Shown: positions 41,246 through 56,352 of the stretch, piece after piece
Layout of the letters: the number at the start of each line of letters is the position of its first letter
Position numbering within the stretch: position 1 is the first letter of the stretch
NCBI GenBank assembly: GCA_964016885.1
Contig: OZ024742.1
Span: 111,538,001-111,602,000, forward strand
Length of the DNA: 64,000 bases
Direction: 5' to 3'
DNA from: Eledone cirrhosa
Taxonomy: Eukaryota
Program-made: the position numbers and the translations under genes
The notes under the pieces: generated by a model
What the model saw: the letters and a program-made list of their open reading frames with translations, nothing else
The model's database searches: none
Told to the model about the DNA's origin: nothing

Positions 41246-42884
41246 CCATATATATCCACACACTCATACCACCATAAATACACATACAAACACCCACATG
41301 TATATATATATATATATATACCCATATACACACACGTATACATATATATATATATATATACATATATATACATATATACACACATATAAAAAACAGACAT
41401 GCACATATATATATATATATATTTTTTTTTCATTACTCCTATATATACACATATTATATATACATACACAACCTCACTTATACACATATACACATAAGTT
41501 ATATTACAATAATAATAAAGAATAATATACATATATATATATACATATACATATACATACATATATATATATACATACATACATACACATACATACATAC
41601 ACATAAATATATACATACAGAATACACACATACGAATAAAGACATATATTCACACATAGACACCTATATATATATATATATATATATCTATATATATATA
41701 TATACATATATATATACATATATATATATACACACATACACACACACACACACACACAGACACACATACACATTCACATATATATATATATATATATGTG
41801 TATGTGAGTGTGCGCACACACACATATATACACACTCACATACAAACACACACAAACACATACATATGCATACGTGCACACACACACACATATATCACAT
41901 AGATACGAAGATAAACATATAAATAGAGAGACATACATATATATACACAACACATATACACATACATACATACACGCATATACATATACATACATATATA
42001 CACATATATATATTCCTATATATACAAGCATACACATACATACACATATATACACATATATACACATATACATACAACACATTCACATACACATACATAT
42101 ATAATACATATATATACATATATATACATACATATGTATGTACAATCATATATACACACACAATCTTACATTCATATTTGCATGCTCATATATGTATTTT
42201 TATATTTAGATATAAATACCCAAACCTATATAGACACCTACCTACATATATATTCATACATAGACGCTTACAAATACAGATGATAATAGTATGGGGGAAA
42301 GGGGGGGTTTGGAGAAGGGGATCAAAGTAAATATATGTTTCAAGAAACATATAATATTTTCCGTATCTTAATTCAATGTATGTTCTTACATATTTTCAGT
42401 GCTAGGAAATACAAAATCTATGCAACTCAAAATAAATAAGTATACCATTAATCATATGTTAACTAAACCAAAGATAGTCAACATATTGATTTCTAAGGTG
42501 TAAATTAGTTAGGTTTATAATATTTGAAGCAGAATTTTGAAGTCAAACAGTAGTAGATTATTAATTAGATTATAACTAAATAAAAGTTAATAACGTTATG
42601 GTATCAATATTAGGAGATGAATTTAGTAATAGGGAAAAGAAACCCAAATAAAAATAAAATAAAGTATTACATCGGTAGTAGCATATAAATTATATGTTAA
42701 CTAAATTAAAAATTATATATTCATTTCAATAGTATACGTTAATTAGTATATGTTAATTAGGTACACAATACATAAAGCAGATATTGTATTTCATCAATAG
42801 CATAATATAATTATATGCAAATAGAAATCAAAATTAATACGCATACATATACATATACATACACATACACATATACATACATAT

Positions 42885-42935
<51 letters not shown>

Positions 42936-43467
42936 TATATACACACATATACATACATACAGATACACATACACAACACACACACATACATATACATATA
43001 CATATACATATCTTTTTCAAAAAATTGCACAGAATATATTAACTAGGTATATATCCAAAACACATCCCATTCTATGATTACATGACATTCTGCAATTCGT
43101 CTGTATAAGGATACTAATTTTAAGCAAATTAAAATTAAAGTTTTAGGTTGATTAAAACTAAAACCAAATAATAAATATATTTCCAAAATGTATATTAATT
43201 AGGTCTATAATACTAAAAATTCTTTCTCCGTCATTGGATACATGATATTATTTTGTTATATTTTATCTGTAAAAGAATTATAATAAAAGGTTTAAATAAA
43301 TTAAAATTAATCTATAAATTAAATTACTAAGTATATATTAGTAATATTTAAAGGTTTTTCACAATTTATGATTACATAATATTTTCTCATCTGTAATAAA
43401 ATATTAATTAAATTAAATTTAAAGGTTAACTAACATTTAAATTAAATTAATTTCTAGAATAATGTTA

Positions 43468-45406
43468 TTAATTAGGTTTATAATATTTAAATGTTTTTTT
43501 TAGTTTATGATTACACGATATAATTAATTCCTGTCGTTTATTTAATAAGATATCCTTAGACTTCATTATTTCAAATAGTTCTTGGGAACATAATCTACAT
43601 TCCTTTCTATTATTTTGATAAGGGGTGGCTCTTTTGAGCACACTCCAGGTCAAATCATATTTTATATTCTTATTTTTATAACTATTGATTTATTCTGCTA
43701 GAGATGTTGTATTAGCCAGTGCGGCATTTTTAAAACTATGTTTGTGGGTATTAAACCTTGTCTTAAAATTGTTAGAGGTAGCTCCTATATATGAGCAAAT
43801 AGAATCTTTAGTTTTAACATTACATTTATAGACTATGTTGTTAACAAGACAATTCCCTTTTAATGGGCAGTTTGTTTTGTTTCTACAGTTACATCCTTTC
43901 GTTAATTCTGTATTTGAGGAGATATTATTGTTAATTTGATGTACTGGTGGTATACTTATGGTTTTCTTACATTTATATGCATTATATGCACTTATATTTT
44001 GTTTTATGTTATTTGTTGTAGAGTATGAGAATTTAACTGTAGACCTATTTAAGATTTGATGGTATTTGTGGTTTGGCGGGAAGTTTTTCTCAAGGATATA
44101 AAAAAATTTTTTAGCAATATTATCCTTAACTTGTAAATTAAAAGGAGCATTATACCAAGTAACTCGTCTATTACGGTTTCTATGTTGTTTATTATTTTTA
44201 TTATTTTTATAGGTTGTATCATGATTTTTACTAGGAGGATTAATGTTAATGATCTCACCACAACTATTTTTAGTTATATTTGTAGATTTAGGTGTTTTAT
44301 CTTTTTTATTAGGAGTTTTATTATTAATATTTATTATAGTTGTATGATGAGTAGTTTTTTGAGGGTTACTATACTTTATATTAGAAGATTTAATATTTTG
44401 GGGTATATTGTGGGTGGCATTTAGGTGTGTACTATTCATTTGGTGTTTGTTGGTAATATTATGCTGTATGCTTTCAGTATTTTTAGTAGAAGGTATATAC
44501 TCTAATCTATTTTTGTGGCCACTTCTATCTAGAGCTTCATTATAAAAGGTCGCATTTTTATCAAATACATCTTGGTTAGAAGAAAGGTTAGAAATTCTAA
44601 GTGATATATTATATGCAAGGTTTTTAAGGATAGATTTAGGGTGATTAGATTGTGAGTGTATGTAATGTAAGTTTTGGTTAGGTTTATGGTAAGGTTGGTA
44701 TATACCCGTAGCTAAATCTAAAGTTATATCTAGGAAATTTACTACTTTACTTGTTTTTTCAAAAGTAATATTAAGATTATAATAGTCTTTAAGGAAAGTT
44801 CTAATATGTTTTTTGTTTTTTTCGATTTCTGAAAGGCTAAGGTTGTTAGAAAGAAGAAGACAGTCATCACGATATAAACCACCTTTGAGGTGGGGAAAAG
44901 AGGCATTTATGTTGAAAAGGAGAAAGAGGCCCACAAGATCAGTAATTTGGGCGGAATCGCTTGAACCCATAGTAATATCAAAAAGATTACTGTATGTGTT
45001 TCTGGTCCAGTATTCATTCTGAAATTCAATAAGTGTTAGTCTAGCATGTGTAATAATGTTAATGTCATCCGAAGTTAAATTAGATCTATTTTTAGCAAAT
45101 ATTAATGCTTTGTTCAGGAGTATGGGTGATATAGAAGAATAGTAATTATCTATATCAAATTGTAGGAAAGAAGCAGAAGATTTACACCTAATATTTTTAA
45201 ACCAATTAATTACCTGGGAGGTGTTTTCCCAGAGTGGTAAAATAACGTATTTTCTTATTTGTGGGATGACTCTATCTAAAATTTTTTTGCTAATTATTCC
45301 AATATCTGATTTGGAGGGACATATAAGTCTAATAGAAGGATTAGAGTTAAAGTTAGATTTGTGATCTTTCAGGTTGAAGTGTGGTCTTTTCAATGCCAAA
45401 GGTTCA
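43468..45406 (-). pseudogene. Hydra-like PLE RT + GIY-YIG
   Basis: LKDHKSNF..RLICP, FLQFDI, FDITMGS, LYRDD, WYNAPF, CNCRNKTNC, IVY..YIGAT..FKTR..H, CRLC..E, LLNKRQE; a single in-frame TAA at 43690-43692. Confidence 0.93.
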
Positions 45407-46381
45407 GGTATTTATATCTAAATATAAAAATACATATATGAGCATGCAAATATGAATGTAAGATTGTGTGTGTATATATGATTGTACATACATATGTATG
45501 TATATATATGTATATATATGTATTATATATGTATGTGTATGTGAATGTGTTGTATGTATATGTGTATATATGTGTATATATGTGTATGTATGTGTATGCT
45601 TGTATATATAGGAATATATATATGTGTATATATGTATGTATATGTATATGCGTGTATGTATGTATGTGTATATGTGTTGTGTATATATATGTATGTCTCT
45701 CTATTTATATGTTTATCTTCGTATCTATGTGATATATGTGTGTGTGTGTGCACGTATGCATATGTATGTGTTTGTGTGTGTTTGTATGTGAGTGTGTATA
45801 TATGTGTGTGTGCGCACACTCACATACACATATATATATATATATATATGTGAATGTGTATGTGTGTCTGTGTGTGTGTGTGTGTGTGTATGTGTGTATA
45901 TATATATATGTATATATATATGTATATATATATATATAGATATATATATATATATATATATAGGTGTCTATGTGTGAATATATGTCTTTATTCGTATGTG
46001 TGTATTCTGTATGTATATATTTATGTGTATGTATGTATGTGTATGTATGTATGTATATATATATATGTATGTATATGTATATGTATATATATATATGTAT
46101 ATTATTCTTTATTATTATTGTAATATAACTTATGTGTATATGTGTATAAGTGAGGTTGTGTATGTATATATAATATGTGTATATATAGGAGTAATGAAAA
46201 ATATATATATATATATATATATGTGCATGTCTGTTTTTTATATGTGTGTATATATGTATATATATGTATATATATATATATATATGTATACGTGTGTGTA
46301 TATGGGTATATATATATATATATATACATGTGGGTGTTTGTATGTGTATTTATGGTGGTATGAGTGTGTGGATATATATGG

Positions 46382-46415
<34 letters not shown>

Positions 46416-46442
46416 ATATATATATGAGTCTATGTGTGTGTG

Positions 46443-46478
<36 letters not shown>

Positions 46479-46813
46479 TATGTATGTGTATATATATGTG
46501 GGTGTATGTATGTATGTATGTGTATGTATGTGTGTGTATATATATATATCTCTATTAATGCGTGTGTGTATGTATATACATATGCCTTTTTATTATTATT
46601 TTCATTTGTATGTCTGAGTTTGGTGAGGTTGTATTGTTTTTTATATGTATATACACATATATGGAAGCGTATGTATTTATTTATATGAGTATAAGTAGGT
46701 GCATATGTATGTATGATTATATATCTAATTCTATGTATGAAGGTACATCTATATATATATATATATACGTGTGTATGTAAGTTGTGTGTGTATGTATCTT
46801 TATGTCTATGTGA

Positions 46814-46877
<64 letters not shown>

Positions 46878-47837
46878 CGAGGTGCGTATATGTATGTACA
46901 TGTATGTACATGTATGTGTGTATGTATGTGTATGTATATTTAGATGTATGTGTATGTATATGTATATATATGTATATATATATATATACGTATATATATA
47001 TATATATGTGTGTGTGTATATATATATATATGGATATATATCTTTATTATCTATTTTTTATATATATGTGTATGTGTGTATGTGTTGCGCGTGTGAGTGT
47101 GTATATATATATCTTTTTATATGTGTATGTGTATGATCGTGTAAGTGTATGTGTGTGTATGACTGTATATGTATGTGTGTATGTGTGTATGCGTAAATAT
47201 CTCTATGTGCGCGTACATGTATGTATGTGTATGTGTATCTGTATGTGTATGTACATTATATTACATTTATTATATTTTATTGTTTTTATTTTTTTATTTT
47301 TCTTAATTTATAGATACATTTATATTAGGCAGTCTGCTCAGACAATTGAATACTGACCCTTCCCCCCCCTCCCACCTAATTTCTGTATCTTGATCTTGAA
47401 ATGTGTGTGCCAGTGTTTTATGTGAGTGACTTAATTTCTATGTGCTTATGATTTTATATCCACATATATAAATGTGAGTGGGGGAGTGTGTGTGTTTGTA
47501 TGTTCGTGGTTATGTGTATATTTATGCATATACGCGCATGTATGTGTGATTATACTGATATGTGTGAGTATGAAAAAATATATTTATATGCTTGACTCCA
47601 TAAGTATCAATACGCATCTTATCAGCGCATTAAGCTTACAGAGATATTAACCTTGAAATTTTGTGTTTGCATCCATCTTTTTAGTATGCGCATACAAATT
47701 ATACACACATTATTGTAAAATATGTGTAAGGATTTTACATGTATATATACACACACCGAACTGCTTTAACCCTTTGTGTTTTCATTGGTCAATTTTGAAC
47801 TGATATTTTGAATTGTTGTTATTATCAATAAATATAC

Positions 47838-47992
47838 TTCATTATTTCTGAAGACGGCGTATATATGTGTTAGGTATGTATATTTAATCTTGATAATTTG
47901 TATAATTTTGTATAATTTTGTACATAGATCTGTTGAATATGCATACCAATTATAACACATATATACCCTAGAAACGATCGTTAAATAATGAA
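47838..47992 (+). ncRNA. Type I hammerhead with 116-nt stem II (twin at 39648-39802 minus)
   Basis: ttcattattt-CTGAAGA-[long hairpin]-GAAA-cgatcgt-t-aaataatgaa. Confidence 0.75.
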
Positions 47993-50019
47993 CTTTTTTT
48001 GTTTAATATAAGGAATTGTTTATTCATTATTTCTTTAATATTTTATATATATATATATATATATTCATATCCTACATGCATATAATAACTTTGATAACTT
48101 TGATAGGTTTCGGCGAGTATTGGCCCAGGCCATATCTAACTTAATAGCACCACCTGTATTTATATATGAGACACGTTTGCGATGAATGTAAACAAACATT
48201 TTTCTGTGGAGCGAAAATATGTCTGTGTGTTTGAGTGTACGTGTATAACTTTGGTAATATTGAAATTTATCTTATCAACATTGTGAACTATTTATGAAAT
48301 TTCGTATGTAAGAAAATTATTAGATACATAAATGTATCTTGCAGTTATTTCGCTGCACCTCATATATTCCTCAAATACATGTACACTTTTTATTTTTCAT
48401 TTTATCGATTCAGTTTAATTCATTATATGTCGTTGCCAGGTAGTTTAATACTGGTGAATATCCCACTTATTTGGGTTCCAATCTTTCTGCCGGTAAAATA
48501 ATTGTCGCTCTGCCAACGATATGTCAACGAAACCTGTATTAGCCGCTCTTTCAATAGATATATAATTTTACGTGGAAATGCAATGAAATGATGTACTTAC
48601 ATTCTTTCCATTATGGATGATGTCCAAAGCAATCCTTCGGAATTATTAATTCTTCGCGTAACACTTTTGTTGAAATTTATACTGTGCCAAAACTTTAAAT
48701 TTTCCAATTTAATAACGATGGAGAGTTATAAAAGACTGAAAAAGTTCATGTTTTATCTACGTCCAACTAATTTGTTGCCGTTTTCTCTAACTTCAGAGTC
48801 GCTTTAATACGTCGCTAAATTACAGCCTATTTCCGGAGACAGTATATTTTAACAGATGTTCCCAAAATATGATATGCTCACGTCTTGTGTATATTTATTT
48901 ACATTTTCGTTGCCAATATACTAAATAAGATCGTTTGTTTACGTCTAATAAGTACATATAACCTATGATATTGAACGTGGTGATCGTCGACTATTGCTAA
49001 ACGTTTGGTTATGTTGTTAATCGTATCTACTAAATATGGTGTAACATAATAGTTTCATATTAAAATCACAATTACGATGGACTGCATTGAGTAACTGATA
49101 ACAAGTGCTTATGAAATAAAAAAAAAAACAGATATTATTAGAAGTTATATTAAATAACAAGTTGGTTTTATGAAATAGCACCAAAGTACGAGAAATTAAT
49201 TCTATTACAAAGATCTTGATAAGATATGTGAAGAAACTATATTATATTTTTGCGAGTTTCTATGATTTCATAACTGGTAGTTGAAGAATGATATTCCTTT
49301 TCATTTAAATTTATCTGTTGTTAATCTTATGATATTTATTTTAAGGACAAAGCTTTAGCGTGACTTCATATATTTGTAACAAGAAAATTAGAAATCCTAT
49401 TGGACATGCTGTATTATCTCATTTACGTATATAAATGAGTAATCCACCGAATCTACACAAAAGTTACTAAACTAATCATATTCAATGTATCTATAAAATA
49501 AATTGACGTGTTTGATATGATACAAAATCTCACTAGAATCACTGCAAAGAAGAAAAATGATTGTTCGTAAATAAAACAAGATGGTTAGGGATTCATAACA
49601 TTTTAGCGTAACAATATTAGGACTAACTTAGTGTGAAACGTTAACTACTGGTTGGTTAAAATAGCATCTAAAGATATATAATGCCGCGTTGTTATACATA
49701 ATACACACACAGACACTCACATGTCAGATTAATGTAGCTCGTTATTGTCTCAGAACTGAGTGAATAAACATCACTAAAGATGATTAAATATCAGGAACCG
49801 CTTCTCTATAGCGGTCTTACATAGCTACTGATATAGGTCGGTGGGTGTGGGTAGGTGTGGGTAAGTGTATGCGTGTGTGTATTTGTGTGTGTGTATATAT
49901 CTCTGTGTGTGGATATAGTGTTGCTCAGTTCTTTCAGAATGTTTTTAAAATCTGGATTATTTTTCTAACGTGTTGAAATTATACCTTATTTTCAGATAAA
50001 TGATGACAGTCAAAAGTGA

Positions 50020-50980
50020 GCATATGAAAATGGACGTTGTCACTGCTGCCTTATAAGCTGAGAAAAGTGAACTAGAGATTTCATGCATACTGAAAGATGG
50101 ATGATCGTGTGTTGTCCAAGTTTGAAATGAGCTGCATGCAGCCTATGGAAACTCTATAGTAGTAGCCAAGGGCAAAATGCCTACTAAATGTCGTAATCCC
50201 ATCAGAACATCCAAATTTATAGAAAAAGGTAAAATCCATAAAATGACGGATAACACCATTACTAATGAGCTCGCATGCTACGGGATGTATTGTGTAAAAG
50301 ACCCTTTGATACAAGCCATATGAAATGCGAAAAGGTCAGTTCGTATTTGCAAAGACCATATGATACGCACAAAGTGCTTGTTGAAAAATCAAGGAACTGG
50401 AGTACTTTGGCTTTTCTCTAATGGGAAAATCTTTAATCAGAACCAGAGTTAGCCAAAAGAATGACAGATATTTATGCAGACACCACAAGGAAGTGCGATC
50501 AGGTATACGCACAAAGTTTCAAGTAACAGTGATGATTCTGCGTGTCATGAGTAGCGAGGGAGATATCACGCTTTCCCAATTCTTTCCTCAATGCTGAAGG
50601 GTAAATGCTGACTATAATGAGATTTTAAAGAGGGCTGTGTGGACTTCTATACGCAGCGTGAGGAACGAATGGCCGTAAACCAAGTAATAAGACTCTACAC
50701 CATTTTATAGGGCCGGGACGATTCAAGAGTACATGGTTTACAATTTCCATGACCATATGGCTCCAAGTAAATACTGTCCGAGCTCCACGGATCTAAATCA
50801 ATTGAACTACTAAGTATGGGGCGCCGTGGAATGGCAATTCAGTAATGCCCATATAACACTATAGAATACCACAATTCCACCATAATTAGCATAATGGCTA
50901 AAGTAGATAAAGATTACATCAACCTTTCCGGCCTCATACTGAAGCAGTCATGTACGATAACACGGAATTCATTAAGGAGA
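50020..50980 (+). pseudogene. Decayed Tc1/mariner-superfamily transposase (maT/DD37D-like)
   Basis: Remnants resemble WFFSDEK.F.Q, VM....SSEGD, QQDSAP and SS.DLN.L.Y.VWG.VE (50780-50830), with many stops. Confidence 0.7.
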
Positions 50981-52599
50981 TGCTAATATATTATTATTCA
51001 TGCTAATATATTCTAATATATTCCAGATTTAAGGAATGCTGAGACGCGATAGCGAAAACGAGGGAGGGGAGGGGGGACAAGGGTCGGTTGGGTAGTGCAA
51101 ACATATCCTTCTTTTTTGGTATCATTGAAGAGGTAGACAATAGTTATACGGGTAAGAATATGTGGGGATGAAGACAGATAACAAAATAAGTATAAAAGTT
51201 AGAGGCTGCAAATAAAAAGACAAATTAATAAATATATATATAAATTCACATCCCGTCTTTCCTTAAATCTTATCCGCACCCCCTCGAATCAACACATAAG
51301 CATCAATCTGTTCAATATTAAACGGTCAATGCTTCACGCCATCAACCCCTTTCTTCTTTCTACATCTTCCTTTCCCCTTTCCCACCTTTTCACATTTTCC
51401 TCTCCCCGAAACAACCAAGCAAAAAAAAAAAGAGAAAAACAAACCTCCACAAATGAATGAAAACAGATACAGTTTTTAACGTAGTACGCACGTTACTTCA
51501 TTAAGCTAATAGAGGTTTGATGAGCTCTTGATTCCAGTTTCTGGGCCGATGGAAAGAGATGGCACCCTGAGCTGATCAATCACGAAACGCGTATCACACC
51601 TGTAAATTTAATGAAATAACATATTATACATATAATACTTGGCTTAGTACAAAGCCAAAGTACATACTAGAAACTATGCATCGTGTACTCACGTTGGTAA
51701 ACCAACAGTAACTTGACTCTACAATCCCTAAATTATATATATATATATTTATATATATATATGTGTGTGTGTATGTGTATCCTTATTGTATGTGTGCGCA
51801 GGGAGTGTCTGTATGCGTGTGTGTGTGTGTGTGTGTGTGTGTTTGTATGTGTGTCTATTAATTTCTTTTACAAATTAACAATTCAATGATACCCACTAGC
51901 TGTGTGATGCTGCTGCACATGTTATTGCGAGCGGAATGATAATAAGCAACAATGTAACCGAGACCAACAAGTTCAGACGACAATGTTAAACATATCAATA
52001 TCTTAAATTCAATAGGGCATTCATCGGGAGCAAATTACATGCACGGTGTTGTTAATGTGGTAACAACTTAGTATCTTTGGTTATATATAATTTAAAGTAG
52101 TTATATACCAATTCATTCTTCTATTTCTCAAATTCCATGCAAGTTTTCTATGTATAGAATGTTGTCTCACATACGCACCACATAACCATTGAACATTTTA
52201 ATTTTATAGGTTTCCCACATTTTGAGATCAAAATAGCAGATAGAGCGCTGCATTATAAATACTTTATACTACCATATTTATTAAATAAAAAATCTCATAT
52301 ACAATTACAAACATTGTTTCACCAGCGGAATGATTTGTGAAATATATTTATACTAGTACTTTATCTCTTATAATGGTTGGGGAGTAAAGAAAAACCTATA
52401 CTATGTTTAATAATTATTTGATTACAGTGTTCCATGTGAAGACTTTCAATTATCGCGTTTTCTTCGACATTTGTTATTTTCAAAGAATCCCAAAAGAAAT
52501 CATCACCAGTATATATACTTGCACTTGATAGGTTTGATGTCGAATGTTGTATGGCTGGAATGGAATTTGTTCTGCGACAACTGAGACACTCGTCCACTC

Positions 52600-52930
52600 A
52601 AGGACGCCAGGGAGGTGCAGTGAATGGAGTTCTAATGAAGCAGGTAGAGAAGTATCTCGGAGCCGTGTTCACGAGTGATGGAATGCAATAGGCTTCATTG
52701 AGTGCGAAATCTACAGTAGCTGCTGAAAAAATGCGCCAGCTTCAACATCCAGTAACCAGAGAAGGAAGGAAGGTGTAAAAATCAAACTCGCTATCTTCAA
52801 TTAGGTTTTCGCACCAACACTCACCTATGGATTTGAATCTTTGATAATGACTGACAAAATACAATCGCGAATACAAGCAGCCGAAATAGTGTTTCTCTAA
52901 AAGGTCTGTGGAGTAACGGTTCTCGATAAA
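52600..52930 (+). pseudogene. Decayed RTE-clade LINE RT 3' part
   Basis: VNGV.MKQVEKYLGAVFTSDG; PTLTYGFES..MTDKIQSRIQAAE. Confidence 0.7.
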
Positions 52931-55900
52931 TGTTATGAGTCGATGTTGTACCCACGGATCACCCAGTCGTACGAAAGGCTGATACATTTTCCCTCCACAG
53001 TAGCCACAATACCGATAAATATAAACACGTTAAAGACTAACCTGGACCATCTAGAATAGATAAGAATCGATAGAAATCGATAAAAATTATTGATAGCCTT
53101 ATGTACCTCTTGGAATGTACATCACGTGTTGTACAAGGCGTACTTAAGTCGGTAATCCATTTAGCTATTGTTTAGCAATCGAACTGGAGATCCATTTCTC
53201 TGCAGGTGCTTTCTCATTAGTATCCACCGTGGTTCTGCCGCGATTAAACAGGGAGTCATTATACTGCAGTTGTAAATTTTCCTGTGTCATCACATGACTT
53301 CACCCAACAATGGAAGATCATTTGGGTGAACTTTACGTGGGTAAATTCAAGGTGTGAACAAAGTTAGATAGGGATTTAGATCGTTACAATGCTAAAATCA
53401 TAGAAGCCGTCGCAATTATTCTGATCATGTTTCCTTCTGACCTACTCAATGATGACTCATGCAAAGAGAAAATGCTCTAAAGTAAAGTAAATTGAATATG
53501 TTCAGAGAAATACAATACCCGAATAGAACATGTTATGGCTGATAAAAATCGATAAATTCTAACAAATTAACGAATAAAGTGTTAAAATCCAATGCATAAA
53601 TAATTGTTGATGTACTGATCCTGACATTCCCAGAAACTATTTTAAGAAACATCGTGAAGAAGACCTCTCTCTCAAAAACAGTTTTATTTGAATTATATCT
53701 TATATAAATGAATGAATTAATGTGTATTTCGACATTAAGTTGTTCTTCACTTCATTTAGTTATTGCTACATGTTTTGGCCTCATACATGCATTGAAGTCC
53801 TTATATTTTTCCCAGAGTAACACGCATTCCATATAACATCTAAATTACACTTTAAGATATTCATTGATCTGTTTATAATGATTTCACCGTGAGAAGATTT
53901 AACGCTTATATTCTCAGTAGGAAAACATCGTTCTACCAATTGTAAAATTATATTTATATTCTAAGATGGTTTATATCACGTTTAGACATGTTATTAGCTT
54001 AGAGGATTGGATTAGTTATAATGGATATTTATTTGAGAAGATATTTGTAGATATTATTGGTTTCAAGGTAATATACTCATATATACATCGAATGAGTAGT
54101 TACAATTTGTACAGATGTTGTCACAAATATTATTCTTATTGTTACAATAAACGTATAGATTCCAGTCAACTGATATAATAGTTTCTATTTACTGAGTAGG
54201 TACAGAGGAAAGAGATGCGTTGAGAGACGAATATATGTTTAAGCCTGTTTTCAGACTAACATTCTTGCAACATCCAAACTTAGTTAAATGCATGCTTTGC
54301 AAAGAGGTTTACTGGCAACAGAATGTGTCTATTGTACAAATCAGGACGTGACAAAAGAATGAAAATATTAAATGTCATTGAGATAATATATATTCCTCAA
54401 AGCATTTCGACTTAGGTGTTTTATTTCCGCCTCATTAGATATTTTAAAACAATATTACCTTTCAATAAATGGTCTATATTGCAGATGGATTTGTGCCAAT
54501 AAAATATTAATGAATAAGCATTTTCCTTTAGGGTCTATTTATGATTACAATGTTCGGTACGCCAGTAATTATTAAGTTCCCGAAATGTATACTCGTTAAA
54601 TGAGACAAATACACATATATATAAAGTCATTCATGAAATACTATGTACTAAAATAATATATATTAAATATCGTTGAATATTTGAGGAGTTTAGGTATGCA
54701 ATTAGAGGAGTCTTGTCTTTCAGTCTTTTTCAGAATGAAGACAATGATGTAAGTGTTATTCATTTTGCGATATTGCACATGCACAATATGTGAACAAAAT
54801 AAGAATGATTGAGAGAGAGTATTATATGTATCCAAACTCATTTAAAGGGGAATCTAATGTGAAACATTCATGAGGCACCGAAAGAATATTTTAAGGGTAT
54901 ATAGAGAGAGGAGAGACAGAAAGAAAGGGACAGGAAGAGTGTGTGAGAAGGAGAGAGAGACAGTACACAACATGTGGGTGAATGTTATTTGAAGAATCCT
55001 GCATTCTAATTAACTGGATTAAATATACAATATTTGTACAGCATCTGTATTGATCAGAATTTGACAATGTTTTAGAATACCTTTTTCATTGTTGTTTAGC
55101 TAAAGACCAGCACTTCTCGCGCAGGTTTATACACAAGCAGGTTTCATCGATATTATCCCATATTTCTTTCTGAAAAAAATGTAACTTGAATTACATTTAT
55201 CATTGAAAGTGTCATATTCTATTAAAGGGTGACTGGTATGATTTGAGGGTGAATTTTCTTGAAGAAAAAATAGAAAGATGTTTAGCCACTCGGTTCTCTC
55301 AAGAAAATATAAGGCAACAAAATTGTTACATATATCATTTTTAGAAGATGAATCGGAAAATATTTATGTTGACTTAACATTCACGTTAGCGCATCATTTT
55401 ACTGAAACATATTCATTTTGAAGGTAATGCATTTGTTATCAGCTATAAAAGCAACAAGATCACATGTAAGAGGCACATCTGCTGATTTGCATGTCAGAAT
55501 GACAGTTTACTGAATAACGTATGCAGGCTTTCAGCTTCATATAAATTAAATTCCATATGCTAACTCTAACCTTATTATATATGATAAAATCTAGCAACAA
55601 ATCATACACCTATTCAACACATTGGTTCAAACTATCATCTGATAGTAACTCCCACAGTTTTCTATATTAACATTCCCACTTGCAAGCCTTCACCAGAAAA
55701 GTGGATTTTGGCACAAAATCACAATCACCTGAATGTATATTCTGAAATCTAATGATTCATACAGATCATTATTAAAACTTTTATATAAAGAGGTCTGCAT
55801 ATATATATATATAAGAGAGAGAGAGAGGGGGGGAGAGTTTGTATATATTTATATATAAAGATATATATATATTTATATATATATATTTATATTTATATAT

Positions 55901-56263
55901 ATTTATATATATGTATATATATATGTAATCTGAGTTTTTCGAATATTAATAATAACATTCGTTTCGTTTGCAATTATGCAAACTTTTCAATTTCTGCTGG
56001 ACCGGCGACCGCTCTGTATAATCAGTTCCTGATTGTTACTGTAATTCTATAAGAATCTAACACATAATTTTCAGCAAACAGGAGGAGTAGTGAGCTTTGA
56101 TAAGTACCGAAAGGTACGAAACAGAGCTCTGTAAGTTTAGATATCCCCTGTTTGCTGAACATTTAAATAAGTGACATTGTCACTATTTTAAAACTATAGC
56201 GTATGGTCTTCAAAATGCTTTAAATTATGCATACCATGTATTGCAAAATACACTATATATACA

Positions 56264-56330
<67 letters not shown>

Positions 56331-56352
56331 TATGTATATATATATATATATA

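Larger units (their letters stand above)
39460..48046 (-). mobile_element. 8.6-kb PLE insertion: 5'-truncated ORF, ~4 kb 3' UTR and a 2.6-kb inverted copy of the 3' end
   Basis: Near-identical inverted arms 39594-42220 / 45407-48046; (TA)n at both outer ends. Confidence 0.88.

Noticed and set aside
51500-51600. Long hairpin followed by GAAACGCGTA
   Set aside because: No intact CTGANGA core or stem I; possibly a decayed long-stem hammerhead, not supportable
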